Below are positions 30,230 to 30,356 of a stretch of 30,356 bases of DNA, in pieces. The stretch is taken from NCBI GenBank assembly GCA_963775895.1, contig CAVZKL010000021.1:1-30356 (forward strand), in the 5' to 3' direction. Below the pieces are notes generated by a model. That model saw only the letters and a program-made list of their open reading frames with translations, was not told the origin of the DNA and did not search any database. Both the position numbers and the translations under genes were made by a program. The first letter of the stretch is position 1, and each line of letters begins with the position of its first letter. Source of the DNA: Candidatus Bathyarchaeota archaeon (GTDB taxonomy: Archaea; Thermoproteota; Bathyarchaeia; Bathyarchaeales; Bathycorpusculaceae).

Positions 30230-30311
30230 GTTTATTGGCTGAAAAAAAGCTTATTGTGTACCCTCCCCCTCCTCGTTTCAATGTATTGTGAATATTAGGA
30301 TCCAAATATGC
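30230..30311 (-). repeat. Conserved non-coding element, copy 2 (inverted relative to 10720-10802)
   Basis: Reverse complement GCATATTTGGATCCTAATATTCACAATACATTGAAACGAGGAGGGGGAGGGTACACAATAAGCTTTTTTTCAGCCAATAAAC; begins immediately after the sua5 stop. Confidence 0.97.
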
Positions 30312-30356
30312 CGGTGTGGCTTGGGTCACAAAGCATGGAACACCTGTGGTCTTGTC

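Noticed and set aside
30230-30260. Element copy 2 as the sua5 terminator
   Set aside because: On the sua5 strand it is an A7 tract, not a T tract, and copy 1 has no gene ending at it

Overview
Archaeal chromosomal housekeeping region, most likely Bathyarchaeia/TACK. This is inferred from PolB1, Rps26e, thermosome-rpoK, CarS, an STT3/AglB locus, and OST3/6-like and PAC3/4-like small proteins. There are about 31 protein genes and no rRNA, tRNA, CRISPR array or transposase. Nine genes between ~12.3 kb and the end carry about 14 single-base frameshifts, most likely uncorrected long-read errors. The main unexplained signal is non-coding: a ~83-bp element (palindrome + ATTGAAAC + purine G-string + T7 tract) occurs twice in inverted orientation 19.4 kb apart (10720-10802 and 30230-30311). 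Each copy heads a strong strand-composition gradient (A/C-rich on the element's own strand) that fades over several kb and is independent of gene direction. This suggests a polar DNA-processing site (origin-, fork barrier-, nick- or loader-like). The second notable signal is a GC-rich, two-state structured leader in front of queT that looks like an undescribed archaeal preQ0/preQ1-type riboswitch.
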